From sequence record LR756502.1: a DNA stretch of 64,000 bases; one strand, given 5' to 3'. Below are positions 27,134-35,575 of this stretch, piece after piece. Every line of letters begins with the position of its first letter. The first letter of the stretch is position 1. The notes below the pieces were generated by a model. The model did not search any database. It worked only from the letters and a program-made list of their open reading frames with translations, and was not told the origin of the DNA. Made by a program: the position numbers and the translations under genes.

Positions 27134-27784
27134 ATGAGAAGAGTTAAATCATTTAGAAGTTTCAAGCATAGAAAGTCCCCTAAGGGTAAAGACCTTTCAA
27201 TATTTGTTAGATTTGGTGGACTTGATCTCAAAACACAAAGAGGATATGGTAGTGATACTTTCCATGCTCCTCCAGCTCCACGTGGGTTCTATGCATTTCC
27301 AAAAGTTGCTCAAGAGATGTTTTTAGTTGGATCACTTGATAAATTTCAACCCGGTATTATATCAAAATCTCCTGAGTATCCAAAACACAAAGAAGTTATA
27401 AATGATAAAGGTAAAAAAACACTTTCTCCGGAAGATATGGAGAAGTGGGAGAAGGAGAGAGATGCATTTGATTGGGATAAGTATAGTGAAGATAGAAAGA
27501 AAAGATATACAGAGATAAGAAAAGAGTTTAGGAAAACCACTGGGAATATATGGCATCACCTCGGTGAGTTTTGTAAAACTACCGATGTAATTGATAGACA
27601 TGGTAGTTGGGTAAAAACATCAATTGCTGATTGGCAGAAAGCATTTTCAAAATCATCTTTAACTAATAGATATGGTGAGGATTGGGGTGGTGGTAGAGGT
27701 GAAAAATCAATAAACTCAACTAGGGGAATAAGTGGATGTTACTCAAAGGACCACTATGAGGTATTTTTTGATGAGAAGGTTTAG
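27134..27784 (+). CDS. Hypothetical protein
   Basis: ORF behind TAATATATA. Confidence 0.6.
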   Translation: MRRVKSFRSFKHRKSPKGKDLSIFVRFGGLDLKTQRGYGSDTFHAPPAPRGFYAFPKVAQEMFLVGSLDKFQPGIISKSPEYPKHKEVINDKGKKTLSPEDMEKWEKERDAFDWDKYSEDRKKRYTEIRKEFRKTTGNIWHHLGEFCKTTDVIDRHGSWVKTSIADWQKAFSKSSLTNRYGEDWGGGRGEKSINSTRGISGCYSKDHYEVFFDEKV

Positions 27785-27818
27785 TGATAATATATACAAA
27801 TAAATAAATGTATATACA

Positions 27819-27989
27819 ATGGCAAAAGACAAAATGTTCTCACTTAGAGTACCTGAAAAGCTTTTAGAAGATTATAGAAAGTTCTGTGAGGAGCATTCAA
27901 TTAATATATCCAAAAGACTAAGAAGATTTATGGAGAAGGATATAGAGAAATGGAATGAAGCTAAACAAAAAAACCCTAACAGGAATTAA
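27819..27989 (+). CDS. Ribbon-helix-helix DNA-binding protein (56 aa, not in ORF track)
   Basis: MAKDKMFSLRVPEKLLEDYRKFCEEHSINISKRLRRFMEKDI, CopG/Arc-like pattern. Confidence 0.65.
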   Translation: MAKDKMFSLRVPEKLLEDYRKFCEEHSINISKRLRRFMEKDIEKWNEAKQKNPNRN

Positions 27990-27999
27990 TATATAAACT

Positions 28000-28521
28000 A
28001 TGAAACATATAAAGAAATTTGATAGCTATTCAATAAATGAGGAGTTTGATAGATATGATCTTGGTAAGTTAGTGATGACCTCTAAAAGTATATTTTCTGT
28101 TGCTATTGATTTGTTTTTACTTAAGTGGAGTAAAATACCAGGTACACTTAGAAAGGTTGGTAAATTTAATAAACTTATGAATGTGCTTAGACACATAATA
28201 AATTTGTCTAACTTGGGTGCAAATAGTTTATCTAAAAAAGAATTGATAGATTTGCTTAAATCAAAGGTTGGTCATGGTGTTGTTAATTACTCTCATATAA
28301 CAAGTGGTCCGGATGTTAATGATTTAAGCATGGCATATACTATACTATCTTATGATGGTGATTTGGGTAAAGACATTAAAGATTCAATTGAATTTATAGA
28401 AAGTTTAGACCCTGATAAAAAGATTAAGTTAAAAGACGTTGGTGAGATTTTGAATATCTTTAACAAGATGATAGATAATAGAAGGTATTATCAGTCTGTT
28501 ATGTTGATTGAAGACTTATAA
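28000..28521 (+). CDS. Hypothetical protein with N-terminal tag (MKHIKKFDSYSINEE)
   Basis: ORF track. Confidence 0.6.
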   Translation: MKHIKKFDSYSINEEFDRYDLGKLVMTSKSIFSVAIDLFLLKWSKIPGTLRKVGKFNKLMNVLRHIINLSNLGANSLSKKELIDLLKSKVGHGVVNYSHITSGPDVNDLSMAYTILSYDGDLGKDIKDSIEFIESLDPDKKIKLKDVGEILNIFNKMIDNRRYYQSVMLIEDL

Positions 28522-28583
28522 GATATGGAAAAAAACCACTATAAAAAGTTAATATATAACTTATAAAAAAATATTACATTTAA

Positions 28584-29066
28584 ATGAAAAAACTTAGATT
28601 TATAAAAGAATATCAACAATTCAGAGAAAACTTTGGAGAAGAAGGTATGAATGATGTATTCAATGATGATCAAGTATCTGACGTAGAACAAGGTGAATCA
28701 CCTGAGTCTCAAGAAGAAGTGACTGAATCGGGTTGCCAAGATGCATTATCTGATGCTATTGATAATTTAGACGCTGCATTACAAGGTTGTATGGGTGTTG
28801 AATCAGAAGAATCAGAAGAAGAATATTCCGAGATGGAAAACGAATCTCTTGAAGAAGAAACTGAAACTGAAGAGAATGAATCTCCAGAAGGTCATGATGA
28901 ACGCGAAATGGAAATTTATGGTCGCATGAAGGAACTTTCTGACGAATTAAAAGGATTGATGGCTGAACTAAGAGGTGAAGAATCTCATGAAGAGCATGAA
29001 GAAGGTCAAGGTGAAGTTCAAGAAGAAGGTCAAGATGATGACGAGTTTGAAGATAAAGATGAATAA
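28584..29066 (+). CDS. Extremely Glu-rich protein with N-terminal tag variant
   Basis: Long E-rich low-complexity tracts. Confidence 0.65.
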   Translation: MKKLRFIKEYQQFRENFGEEGMNDVFNDDQVSDVEQGESPESQEEVTESGCQDALSDAIDNLDAALQGCMGVESEESEEEYSEMENESLEEETETEENESPEGHDEREMEIYGRMKELSDELKGLMAELRGEESHEEHEEGQGEVQEEGQDDDEFEDKDE

Positions 29067-29157
29067 TTTTACAAAAATTTGGTAGATATAAAACTTTATC
29101 ATATATTTGTATACAAGATTAAAGAAGAATAACAAAATTTTAATATATAATACTATA

Positions 29158-29327
29158 ATGAAAACAATGAATTTAAATATGAATCTAAACACACTGACAG
29201 TGGTGAATAATACGTTATGTATTAGACCTTGTGAGGGTTTTGATCTATTTAATGATTTGTAGTATGGCATAAACATTAATAAAGGATAATCAAAACCCTC
29301 AGTCAAAAACTGAGGGTTTTTTGTTTT
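29158..29327 (+). promoter_or_regulatory. Attenuator 6: leader MKTMNLNMNLNTLTVVNNTLCIRPCEGFDLFNDL (29158-29262) + terminator (29292-29327)
   Basis: Asn x7, Leu x6, Thr x4, Val x2; TGAGGGTTTTGAT (29232-29244) is the exact complement of ATCAAAACCCTCA (29289-29301). Confidence 0.85.
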
Positions 29328-29344
29328 AAATAAAATTTAATAAA

Positions 29345-29548
29345 ATGGAACCGGAATTAGAAGAATTAATTATAAGAGAAGAAATGATTGAAGAAATGAA
29401 AAAACTTTTTACAAAGGGACAAACAAACCCAAGTGCAATAACCTCTTTGATGTATATGAAAGGATTCAAGGGTAGATTTATGGAGATTAGAAAAATTGCA
29501 GAATACCAGTATAAGGTTTATACTATGGAAATAAAAAGAAAACAGTAA
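29345..29548 (+). CDS. Hypothetical protein, first gene after attenuator 6
   Basis: ORF track. Confidence 0.55.
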   Translation: MEPELEELIIREEMIEEMKKLFTKGQTNPSAITSLMYMKGFKGRFMEIRKIAEYQYKVYTMEIKRKQ

Positions 29549-29554
29549 AAATAC

Positions 29555-29633
29555 GGATAAGTAGCTATTAACTGGATAGAGCTACTCGTTGTTAGCGAGA
29601 GGGTTGTGGGTTCGAATCCTACCTTATCCGCCA
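29555..29633 (+). tRNA. tRNA-Asn(GUU)
   Basis: CTCG-TTGTTAG-CGAG, G73, encoded CCA. Confidence 0.85.
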
Positions 29634-29643
29634 GAAAGAATAA

Positions 29644-29715
29644 GGGGTAATAGCTCAGCGGGAGAGCAAGTGACTGTTAATCACTAGGTCGTAGGTTCAA
29701 TCCCTACTTACCCCT
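29644..29715 (+). tRNA. tRNA-Asn(GUU)
   Basis: AGTGA-CTGTTAA-TCACT. Confidence 0.9.
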
Positions 29716-29724
29716 CAAATAAAA

Positions 29725-29803
29725 CGGTACATACCGAGCCACACTGATAATGTGGATATTCGTAGCGGTGTTGTAAACGTGGGTTCAAATCCCTCTGTAC
29801 CGA
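29725..29803 (+). tRNA. D-armless tRNA-like RNA, Ile(GAU) anticodon
   Basis: CGGTACA/TGTACCG; CCACA-CTGATAA-TGTGG; variable region CGTAGCGGTGTTGTAAAC. Confidence 0.7.
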
Positions 29804-29808
29804 CAAAT

Positions 29809-29887
29809 GCCCTTGTAGTCGAGTCAGTTTTCTAAACTGTTAATCGTAATGGAAAGGAAGATGCAGGTTCGAATCCTGTCTAGGGTA
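29809..29887 (+). tRNA. D-armless tRNA-like RNA, Arg(UCU) anticodon
   Basis: CAGT-TTTCTAA-ACTG; variable region with CGTAATGG; normal T-arm. Confidence 0.6.
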
Positions 29888-29894
29888 CATAAAT

Positions 29895-29977
29895 GCTCCC
29901 GTGGTGGAACGGCAGACACGCCAGATTTAGGATCTGGTATCCGAAAGGATGTGAGAGTTCGAGTCTCTCCGGGAGTA
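29895..29977 (+). tRNA. tRNA-Leu(UAG)
   Basis: CCAGA-TTTAGGA-TCTGG, V-arm. Confidence 0.9.
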
Positions 29978-29985
29978 CAAAATAT

Positions 29986-30025
29986 TACTGAGTTGCCGTA
30001 GTGGCCTAACGGTCCATCAGTAGCA
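29986..30025 (+). pseudogene. tRNA fragment: acceptor stem + D-arm only
   Basis: TACTGA/TCAGTA encloses GCCG-TAGTGGCCTAA-CGGT; no anticodon or T-arm. Confidence 0.5.
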
Positions 30026-30030
30026 AAAAT

Positions 30031-30103
30031 GCCCCTGTAGCTTAATCGGGAAAGCGCTGTTTTTACATGACAGATAGAGTCGGATCGTAACCGGCCAGGG
30101 GTA
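30031..30103 (+). tRNA. tRNA-Val(UAC)
   Basis: CTGTT-TTTACAT-GACAG. Confidence 0.85.
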
Positions 30104-30110
30104 CAAAAAT

Positions 30111-30184
30111 TGTCACTTAGCTCAAATGGTCAGAGCGCGAACCTGATAAGTTCGAGGTACTGGGATCGTTACCCAGAGTGACAA
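30111..30184 (+). tRNA. tRNA-Ile(GAU)
   Basis: CGAAC-CTGATAA-GTTCG. Confidence 0.9.
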
Positions 30185-30191
30185 CATAAAT

Positions 30192-30274
30192 GGTACCGTG
30201 GCCGAGCGGAGTCGTAAGACGAGAGGCAGTGATCTGCAAAATCACTCACACTGGTTCAATCCCAGTCGGTACCT
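30192..30274 (+). tRNA. tRNA-Cys(GCA) with extra hairpin in the D-loop
   Basis: GTGAT-CTGCAAA-ATCAC, U73; GTC-GTAA-GAC inside the D-loop. Confidence 0.8.
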
Positions 30275-30292
30275 CAAGTGTTTAAATAAAAC

Positions 30293-30364
30293 GCTTCTTA
30301 AGCATTAATGGTGATGCACTAGTCTTGTAAACTAGAGAAATCGGATCGTTACCGGTAAGAAGCT
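30293..30364 (+). tRNA. tRNA-Thr(UGU)
   Basis: CTAGT-CTTGTAA-ACTAG. Confidence 0.9.
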
Positions 30365-30370
30365 CAAAAT

Positions 30371-30442
30371 TGGAGATTAGCTTAATGGGAAAGCGTTACC
30401 TTGACATGGTAGAGAGAGTGGGATCGTTACCCACATTTCCAA
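30371..30442 (+). tRNA. tRNA-Val(GAC)
   Basis: TTACC-TTGACAT-GGTAG. Confidence 0.85.
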
Positions 30443-30462
30443 CAAATAATGGATGGTGACTG

Positions 30463-30536
30463 AGAGAGTTACTTCGTGATTGGTACACAATTTGACTCAA
30501 AATCAAACTTACGGGGTTCAAATCCCCACACTCTTT
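30463..30536 (+). pseudogene. Degenerate Leu(CAA) tRNA-like gene, no V-arm
   Basis: TTTGA-CTCAAAA-TCAAA and T-arm present; acceptor and D-arm imperfect. Confidence 0.5.
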
Positions 30537-30557
30537 CGAAACTTTCCTCCATTACTT

Positions 30558-30637
30558 GCCAATGTGGCTCAGCGGCGACAGCACCGCTTTTGTAAAGCGG
30601 AACACAAACAGCGGGGGTTCGAGTCCCTCCATTGGCT
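30558..30637 (+). tRNA. tRNA-Thr(UGU) with 12-nt unpaired variable loop
   Basis: CCGCT-TTTGTAA-AGCGG. Confidence 0.85.
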
Positions 30638-30642
30638 CAAAT

Positions 30643-30715
30643 GCCTTTATGACGTAATTGGTAGTCGTATGCGCCTTAGAAGCGTAGTGTCTCGGTTCGA
30701 GTCCGAGTAGAGGTA
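30643..30715 (+). tRNA. tRNA-Leu(UAG) lacking the variable arm
   Basis: TGCGC-CTTAGAA-GCGTA then only GTGT before the T-arm. Confidence 0.8.
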
Positions 30716-30725
30716 CAAAATTAAT

Positions 30726-30800
30726 GCCCCGGTGACGTAATAGAGTTAGTCGTATCCGGCTTAAAATCGGAGTGCATGGGTTCGAGTCCCATCTGGGGTA
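30726..30800 (+). tRNA. tRNA-Leu(UAA) lacking the variable arm
   Basis: TCCGG-CTTAAAA-TCGGA then only GTGC before the T-arm. Confidence 0.8.
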
Positions 30801-30815
30801 CAAATGGTGTTAATT

Positions 30816-30899
30816 GCATCAGTGGCGGAATGGTATACGCGAGGGTCTTAAAAACCCTTGGTCATTATGATCGTGTGGGTTCGAGTCCCATCTGGTGTA
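30816..30899 (+). tRNA. tRNA-Leu(UAA)
   Basis: AGGGT-CTTAAAA-ACCCT, V-arm. Confidence 0.9.
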
Positions 30900-30959
30900 C
30901 AAAATGATAGACGTTTTGGAAATTACTCTTTTTTGTTTTCCATAATTTATATATAGATT

Positions 30960-31394
30960 ATGGTAAAATATGACAAAGAGGAATTTATAAGTGTTTGTGA
31001 GGACAGTCCTACAATGGCTAGAGCGGCTTCTAAATTAGGTATTCATTTTAATACCTTTAGAAGGATAGCTGTTAAGTTGAATTGTTATAGAACAAATCAG
31101 TCCGGAAAGGGTTTAACTAAAAAGAGCGATAGAGGAACACCTTTGTCAGAAATTCTTGAGGGAAAACATCCACAATTTCAATCATTTAAATTGAAAAATA
31201 AATTGATAAAGGAAGGAATAAAAGAGAATAGATGTGAGGTTTGTAATATAAGTGAATGGAATGGGAAAGTGATAAATTGTGAACTAGACCATATAGATGG
31301 TAATAGCAGAAATCACAGATTGGAAAATCTAAGAATACTGTGTCCAAATTGTCACTCACAAACTGATACATTTAGAGCAAAGAATATAAAATAA
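30960..31394 (+). CDS. HNH endonuclease inside the tRNA array
   Basis: CEVC..ELDHIDGNSRNHRLENLRILCPNCH. Confidence 0.9.
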   Translation: MVKYDKEEFISVCEDSPTMARAASKLGIHFNTFRRIAVKLNCYRTNQSGKGLTKKSDRGTPLSEILEGKHPQFQSFKLKNKLIKEGIKENRCEVCNISEWNGKVINCELDHIDGNSRNHRLENLRILCPNCHSQTDTFRAKNIK

Positions 31395-31610
31395 ATGGAG
31401 TATCTATGTGATAATGCAAGACATCTAGTTTGTAAACCTTATTCAATTGAGAATCTACATAAGATGGCCGAGGAACTAAACATTAAGAGATGTTGGTTTC
31501 ATAAGAATCATTATGATATTCCAAAAAGAAGAATAGATGAAATTACAATTAAGTGTAAACTAATTTCATCTAAAGAGATAGTAGATATTATAAATATTGA
31601 TATAGCTTAA
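31395..31610 (+). CDS. Small conserved protein (DUF4031-like)
   Basis: HLV..SIENLHKMAEEL.IKR.WF..HYDIP. Confidence 0.55.
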   Translation: MEYLCDNARHLVCKPYSIENLHKMAEELNIKRCWFHKNHYDIPKRRIDEITIKCKLISSKEIVDIINIDIA

Positions 31611-31667
31611 TGATAGAGCGGCGGCCTTATATGCCGTTAGTCCAGTGTTTGATTCCTGGTATCGATA
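31596..31667 (+). tRNA. tRNA-Ile(UAU)
   Basis: GCGGC-CTTATAT-GCCGT; overlaps the end of the upstream ORF. Confidence 0.75.
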
Positions 31668-31672
31668 CAAAA

Positions 31673-31745
31673 GCAGTAGTCGTATAAGCGGTTATTACAC
31701 GCCCTTGGTAAGGGTGAGACTCCAGTTCGATTCTGGACTTCTGCT
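31673..31745 (+). tRNA. tRNA-Thr(GGU)
   Basis: CGCCC-TTGGTAA-GGGTG. Confidence 0.9.
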
Positions 31746-31750
31746 CAAAT

Positions 31751-31832
31751 GCACAGATGGCGTAACAGGTAGCCGCGCTGGTCTAAGAAGCCAGTATTGA
31801 GAAATGTAGGGGTTCGATTCCCCTTCTGTGTA
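31751..31832 (+). tRNA. tRNA-Leu(AAG)
   Basis: CTGGT-CTAAGAA-GCCAG, V-arm; A34. Confidence 0.8.
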
Positions 31833-31843
31833 CTAAAATAAAT

Positions 31844-31913
31844 GCCGTGGCTTAGTGGAAAAGATCCAGCTCTCATAAGGCCGGTTAAGTGAGTTCGAAC
31901 CTCATACACGGTA
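31844..31913 (+). tRNA. CAU-anticodon tRNA (Met or lysidine-Ile), partly degenerate
   Basis: CTCATAA loop, T-arm intact, acceptor/D junction short. Confidence 0.55.
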
Positions 31914-31933
31914 CTAAGGCAGGGAAGATACTG

Positions 31934-32016
31934 GCTGGAATGGTGGAATGGTATACACACTGAGCTCAAACCTCAGTATCTAATAGATGATGAGGGTTCG
32001 AGTCCCTCTTTCAGTA
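31934..32016 (+). tRNA. tRNA-Leu(CAA)
   Basis: CTGAG-CTCAAAC-CTCAG, V-arm. Confidence 0.9.
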
Positions 32017-32081
32017 CTAAATATTTGTATATGTTAGAATTAAAAACTAATCCTTATATTTGTAAAATAAAATTTAATAAA

Positions 32082-32426
32082 ATGGAAAAGAACGAAGTAA
32101 AGAAGTATTTATATAGAAACAAAGAGTTGATGGCTAAGTTTAGTCACTATGTCTCAGGTAATTTATACTACACCGTGCAATTAGAAGATGGTGTTTATCA
32201 ATTCCCTATTTCGACAGTCGATAAAGTAAATACTCCACTTTTTAGATTAGATGGAAAGACACAAGCAAGTCCAAGTATCTCTATGTCTTATACAAGAGTA
32301 ATTGAGGAATATTCAACTCTTTCATCTGACTTGGGTACAACCGATTTTAGTGCTGAAATTAAAGCCAGCTTCTTAAATAGGTGGATCGATAAGGCAATTG
32401 ATAAGGGAGAGTTTATCAAGTTATAA
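32082..32426 (+). CDS. Hypothetical protein
   Basis: Start ATG 32082 after TAnnTTTG promoter. Confidence 0.55.
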   Translation: MEKNEVKKYLYRNKELMAKFSHYVSGNLYYTVQLEDGVYQFPISTVDKVNTPLFRLDGKTQASPSISMSYTRVIEEYSTLSSDLGTTDFSAEIKASFLNRWIDKAIDKGEFIKL

Positions 32427-32431
32427 AAAAT

Positions 32432-32504
32432 GACACCGTAGTTAAACTGAACATAACAAATTCCTCCTAAGAATTAGTTCCGGGTTTGAGTCCCAGCGGA
32501 GTCA
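32432..32504 (+). tRNA. tRNA-Arg(CCU)
   Basis: AATTC-CTCCTAA-GAATT. Confidence 0.8.
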
Positions 32505-33070
32505 CAAAATAAATTAGGCAGATTGAAAAATTATGCAAAATGAATCAGTTTTTAATGAACACTTTAATCTTATTTAATATGAGTTATCTTACAAAGCAAG
32601 AGAAACAGATGGTCGAACAAATGAAACAGACCACTAAGAGTGAGTATTATTATGATAATCCTTCTGCTGCTATTGATGATATTGAATATCTTTTAAGTAT
32701 CGTTAGACGACTTGATGATAAACTAACTGACTTAACTGAGGAATTATAATGACAGATTCACAAAAGAAACTAATTGAAGACTATATTGATAAGTATGGTG
32801 GGGTAAATCTTATAGAACTTGAAAAGACCAATATGGTTCAACTTCAACTTGACTTTAATATGGTTAGAATGGAAGGAATATCCTTCTACTGGTTAGAAAA
32901 GTTCTCAAAGGAATTTTTTGAAATCAGTGTTGGTGTAGCTGATAAGACTAATGAAAAGTATGGAGCTTTTATTACAATGTTTACAATTGATATTTATGAT
33001 AGTAATTAAAATTATATTAACCTTTATAGTAATATTCTCCTTATATTTATAGGATTAAAGATAACCCTAT

Positions 33071-33433
33071 ATGATATACGAATTCTTTACAGATAAGACG
33101 AGTGCTCCACTTACTAACTACTTCAGTAAGTTTATGCCTACAGTGAAATTACTTGACTACACCATCTTAGACTATCACACACTTGATCATAAAGAGTGTA
33201 ATGTGAAGAGATTCATTTTTGGGTTTGAGGGAAACTCATTCAAACTTTACCTGTCACCAAGTGACACTATGTGTATATCATCTGATAATAAGATGCCATT
33301 AAGTGGTGAATTCCATTTATTTTGTAATGTTGAGCATTCTGCAGGAACATCAAGTAATAACAAGAAAATGATGGATATGAAATCATATCTAGTATCATTT
33401 ATAAGAGAACAAAAAATAAATCAAATTTTATGA
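33071..33433 (+). CDS. Hypothetical protein with C-terminal tag (IREQKINQIL)
   Basis: ORF track. Confidence 0.6.
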   Translation: MIYEFFTDKTSAPLTNYFSKFMPTVKLLDYTILDYHTLDHKECNVKRFIFGFEGNSFKLYLSPSDTMCISSDNKMPLSGEFHLFCNVEHSAGTSSNNKKMMDMKSYLVSFIREQKINQIL

Positions 33434-33639
33434 CACCAACCGAAATATTAGGATATGCTTCAATGGCATTGGTACTTATATCAATGCTTATGAAGAATAT
33501 GAAAACTCTAAGAATATTAAATAGTATTTCCTGTGCTATGTTTGTTGTGTATGGGTTTGCTCTTAATGCCTATCCTATTATAATAATGAATATTTTAGTT
33601 ATATTTATTAATGTTTATCGACTAAGAAAAGGAGAATAG
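33430..33639 (+). CDS. Small inner-membrane protein (YgjV-like, common in Bacteroidota)
   Basis: Three hydrophobic helices, LRILNSI.CAMFVVYG..NAYPII.MN. Confidence 0.6.
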   Translation: MTPTEILGYASMALVLISMLMKNMKTLRILNSISCAMFVVYGFALNAYPIIIMNILVIFINVYRLRKGE

Positions 33640-33640
33640 A

Positions 33641-34111
33641 TTAGTTTGGGTTATAATCATCACTCTTATCAAGGAACTTGAAGTCACTAACACTTAGTTT
33701 CATACCATTAAATTTGTTTAGAAAGTTTACAAATTCGGATAGTGACTTATTATCTAAAGCGAATACTGTATTACTTGGATCAAATTTTGAGTGATATGAT
33801 GTATATTGACCAACCGTTACTTTATTTGGGGATTCTATACTAAACTCAGATGCTACCAAATCACCATATGTTATATCAATATCTAGTTTAATTGATCCGT
33901 TGTTTGAGAAATATATATCGAACTCTAATGTGTTTGGATATCCAACTTCTTTATTAGAGTAAGTTATTTGGACCATATCCGCGTTTATCATAATATTGCC
34001 CTTCTTAAAAATATGTTCCCCATCTTTTATTAATGTTATCTCTTCAGGTAGAAAGCTTTCCCAGCTTTTATCATAAATACTACTTTCATTGAATTTTCTT
34101 AGATACTTCAT
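33641..34111 (-). CDS. Hypothetical protein with N-terminal tag (MKYLRKFNES)
   Basis: Shared N-terminal motif. Confidence 0.65.
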   Translation of the reverse strand: MKYLRKFNESSIYDKSWESFLPEEITLIKDGEHIFKKGNIMINADMVQITYSNKEVGYPNTLEFDIYFSNNGSIKLDIDITYGDLVASEFSIESPNKVTVGQYTSYHSKFDPSNTVFALDNKSLSEFVNFLNKFNGMKLSVSDFKFLDKSDDYNPN

Positions 34112-34163
34112 ACTCTATATATTATATTTTTTATTTTCAATATTTTTTTATATATTTGTAAGA

Positions 34164-34499
34164 ATGTATGAAAAGGACACTAATGAATTGGAGAATATTA
34201 GAACAGATGAGTTGATTGGTTCTAATCCAAGTATAGATGGTATATACGACTTTGAATTTAATCTTGTGTGTTCTGATGTGGAAAGATCCGATTATGTCAA
34301 AAGATTTGCCAATTGGATGTTTGCATGTGATGAGTGTAAGAAGAATTTCAGAAAAGAACATCAATTATCCTATCATAACGAATTCATTTCTGGTACATCT
34401 TGGGACACCACCAAATCCCGTATCAGTTGGTTAGATTACTACAAAGAAGCTTTATTAAGAGATATAAGAGATATTAGATTAAAAAAATTAATAAAATAA
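34164..34499 (+). CDS. Hypothetical protein with C-terminal tag (IRDIRLKKLIK)
   Basis: Start ATG 34164 after TAnnTTTG. Confidence 0.55.
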   Translation: MYEKDTNELENIRTDELIGSNPSIDGIYDFEFNLVCSDVERSDYVKRFANWMFACDECKKNFRKEHQLSYHNEFISGTSWDTTKSRISWLDYYKEALLRDIRDIRLKKLIK

Positions 34500-35215
34500 T
34501 GTATTTATTTGGATCAAGTCTTATTAAGAAATTGTTTTCTGATTTCAGAGAACCAAAAGATATTGATTGGATTACAAATGATCCAAATCAAATGAAGAAG
34601 TCTATTATTGGTAAGGAAGAATTCTACTGTATTCCATTTACACCAAGTAGAGAAATGACACCAGATGAGATCTATACTGTTAAGGTATCACATGCAATCT
34701 ATGATATTCATTGGAGGAAAACGATGAGTGATATTAGATTTTTACAAATTAAAGGATGTAAAGTGATACCATCATTCTTATCTGAGTTAAGGGAACACTG
34801 GATTAAGATACATGGTCAGCAAAAGAGAACTAACTTTGAGGTTGATCCAGGAGAATTTTTTGATGATAGAGTTGAAAGAAGATTTCATCATGATGATTTA
34901 CATAAGATGATTAATCCTAATCCAACATATTTAAATATGGTTGATGGTGTTACTCCTAATCCTGATAAATTTAGTAGTTTATCAGATGATGATAGAAAGG
35001 AAGTTTTATTTGAGGAGGCCTTTGTTATTTCTATTGAGAGGTTTCAATCTACTCCTAATAGACTATCTTATCAAATGGCTCAGCAGTTATTGGTCACTAA
35101 ACTACATCCTGTTTGGATATCAGATATAATAATTAAAAACTGGAATAAATATTACTGGAACTGTTCAAATTCAAAATTTTATAATAACTATAATAACTAT
35201 AATAACCTAAAATAA
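34499..35215 (+). CDS. Nucleotidyltransferase-like phage protein
   Basis: N-terminal FGS...DIDW (Pol beta-type GS..DxD); HHDDLH. Confidence 0.55.
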   Translation: MYLFGSSLIKKLFSDFREPKDIDWITNDPNQMKKSIIGKEEFYCIPFTPSREMTPDEIYTVKVSHAIYDIHWRKTMSDIRFLQIKGCKVIPSFLSELREHWIKIHGQQKRTNFEVDPGEFFDDRVERRFHHDDLHKMINPNPTYLNMVDGVTPNPDKFSSLSDDDRKEVLFEEAFVISIERFQSTPNRLSYQMAQQLLVTKLHPVWISDIIIKNWNKYYWNCSNSKFYNNYNNYNNLK

Positions 35216-35571
35216 TGGAATTTACAAGAGACGAATTGTTAGAGAGAGTTAGATTAAATGACTGTAAATATTTCTATGATATTTATAATGATAATTGGAG
35301 CTCCAGCAGAAAAAATGCCAATGATGTTAAATCTATTTATAGCCAAAATCTTGGTGATGGTAATGAATATACTATTTGTCTAAGCTTCATGAAGCTAGAC
35401 TTACTTGTTCTTCTAGAGGGAACTTACTCATCTTGGGACTCACCGGAGTGGGATAGTGTTTCATTTGCCGAACCATTTGAGTTTAAGGAGATAAGATATA
35501 AACCAGTTACTTTAGAGTACTTGCGTGATAAAAAGATAGAAACTGTTCTTAAACCAGATACCAAATTATAA
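35215..35571 (+). CDS. Hypothetical protein with C-terminal tag (LRDKKIETVL)
   Basis: ORF track. Confidence 0.6.
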   Translation: MEFTRDELLERVRLNDCKYFYDIYNDNWSSSRKNANDVKSIYSQNLGDGNEYTICLSFMKLDLLVLLEGTYSSWDSPEWDSVSFAEPFEFKEIRYKPVTLEYLRDKKIETVLKPDTKL

Positions 35572-35575
35572 AGAA

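Noticed and set aside
29809-29887. Possible amber suppressor (CTA appears in the loop)
   Set aside because: Stem CAGT/ACTG centres the 7-nt loop TTTCTAA on TCT, not CTA.
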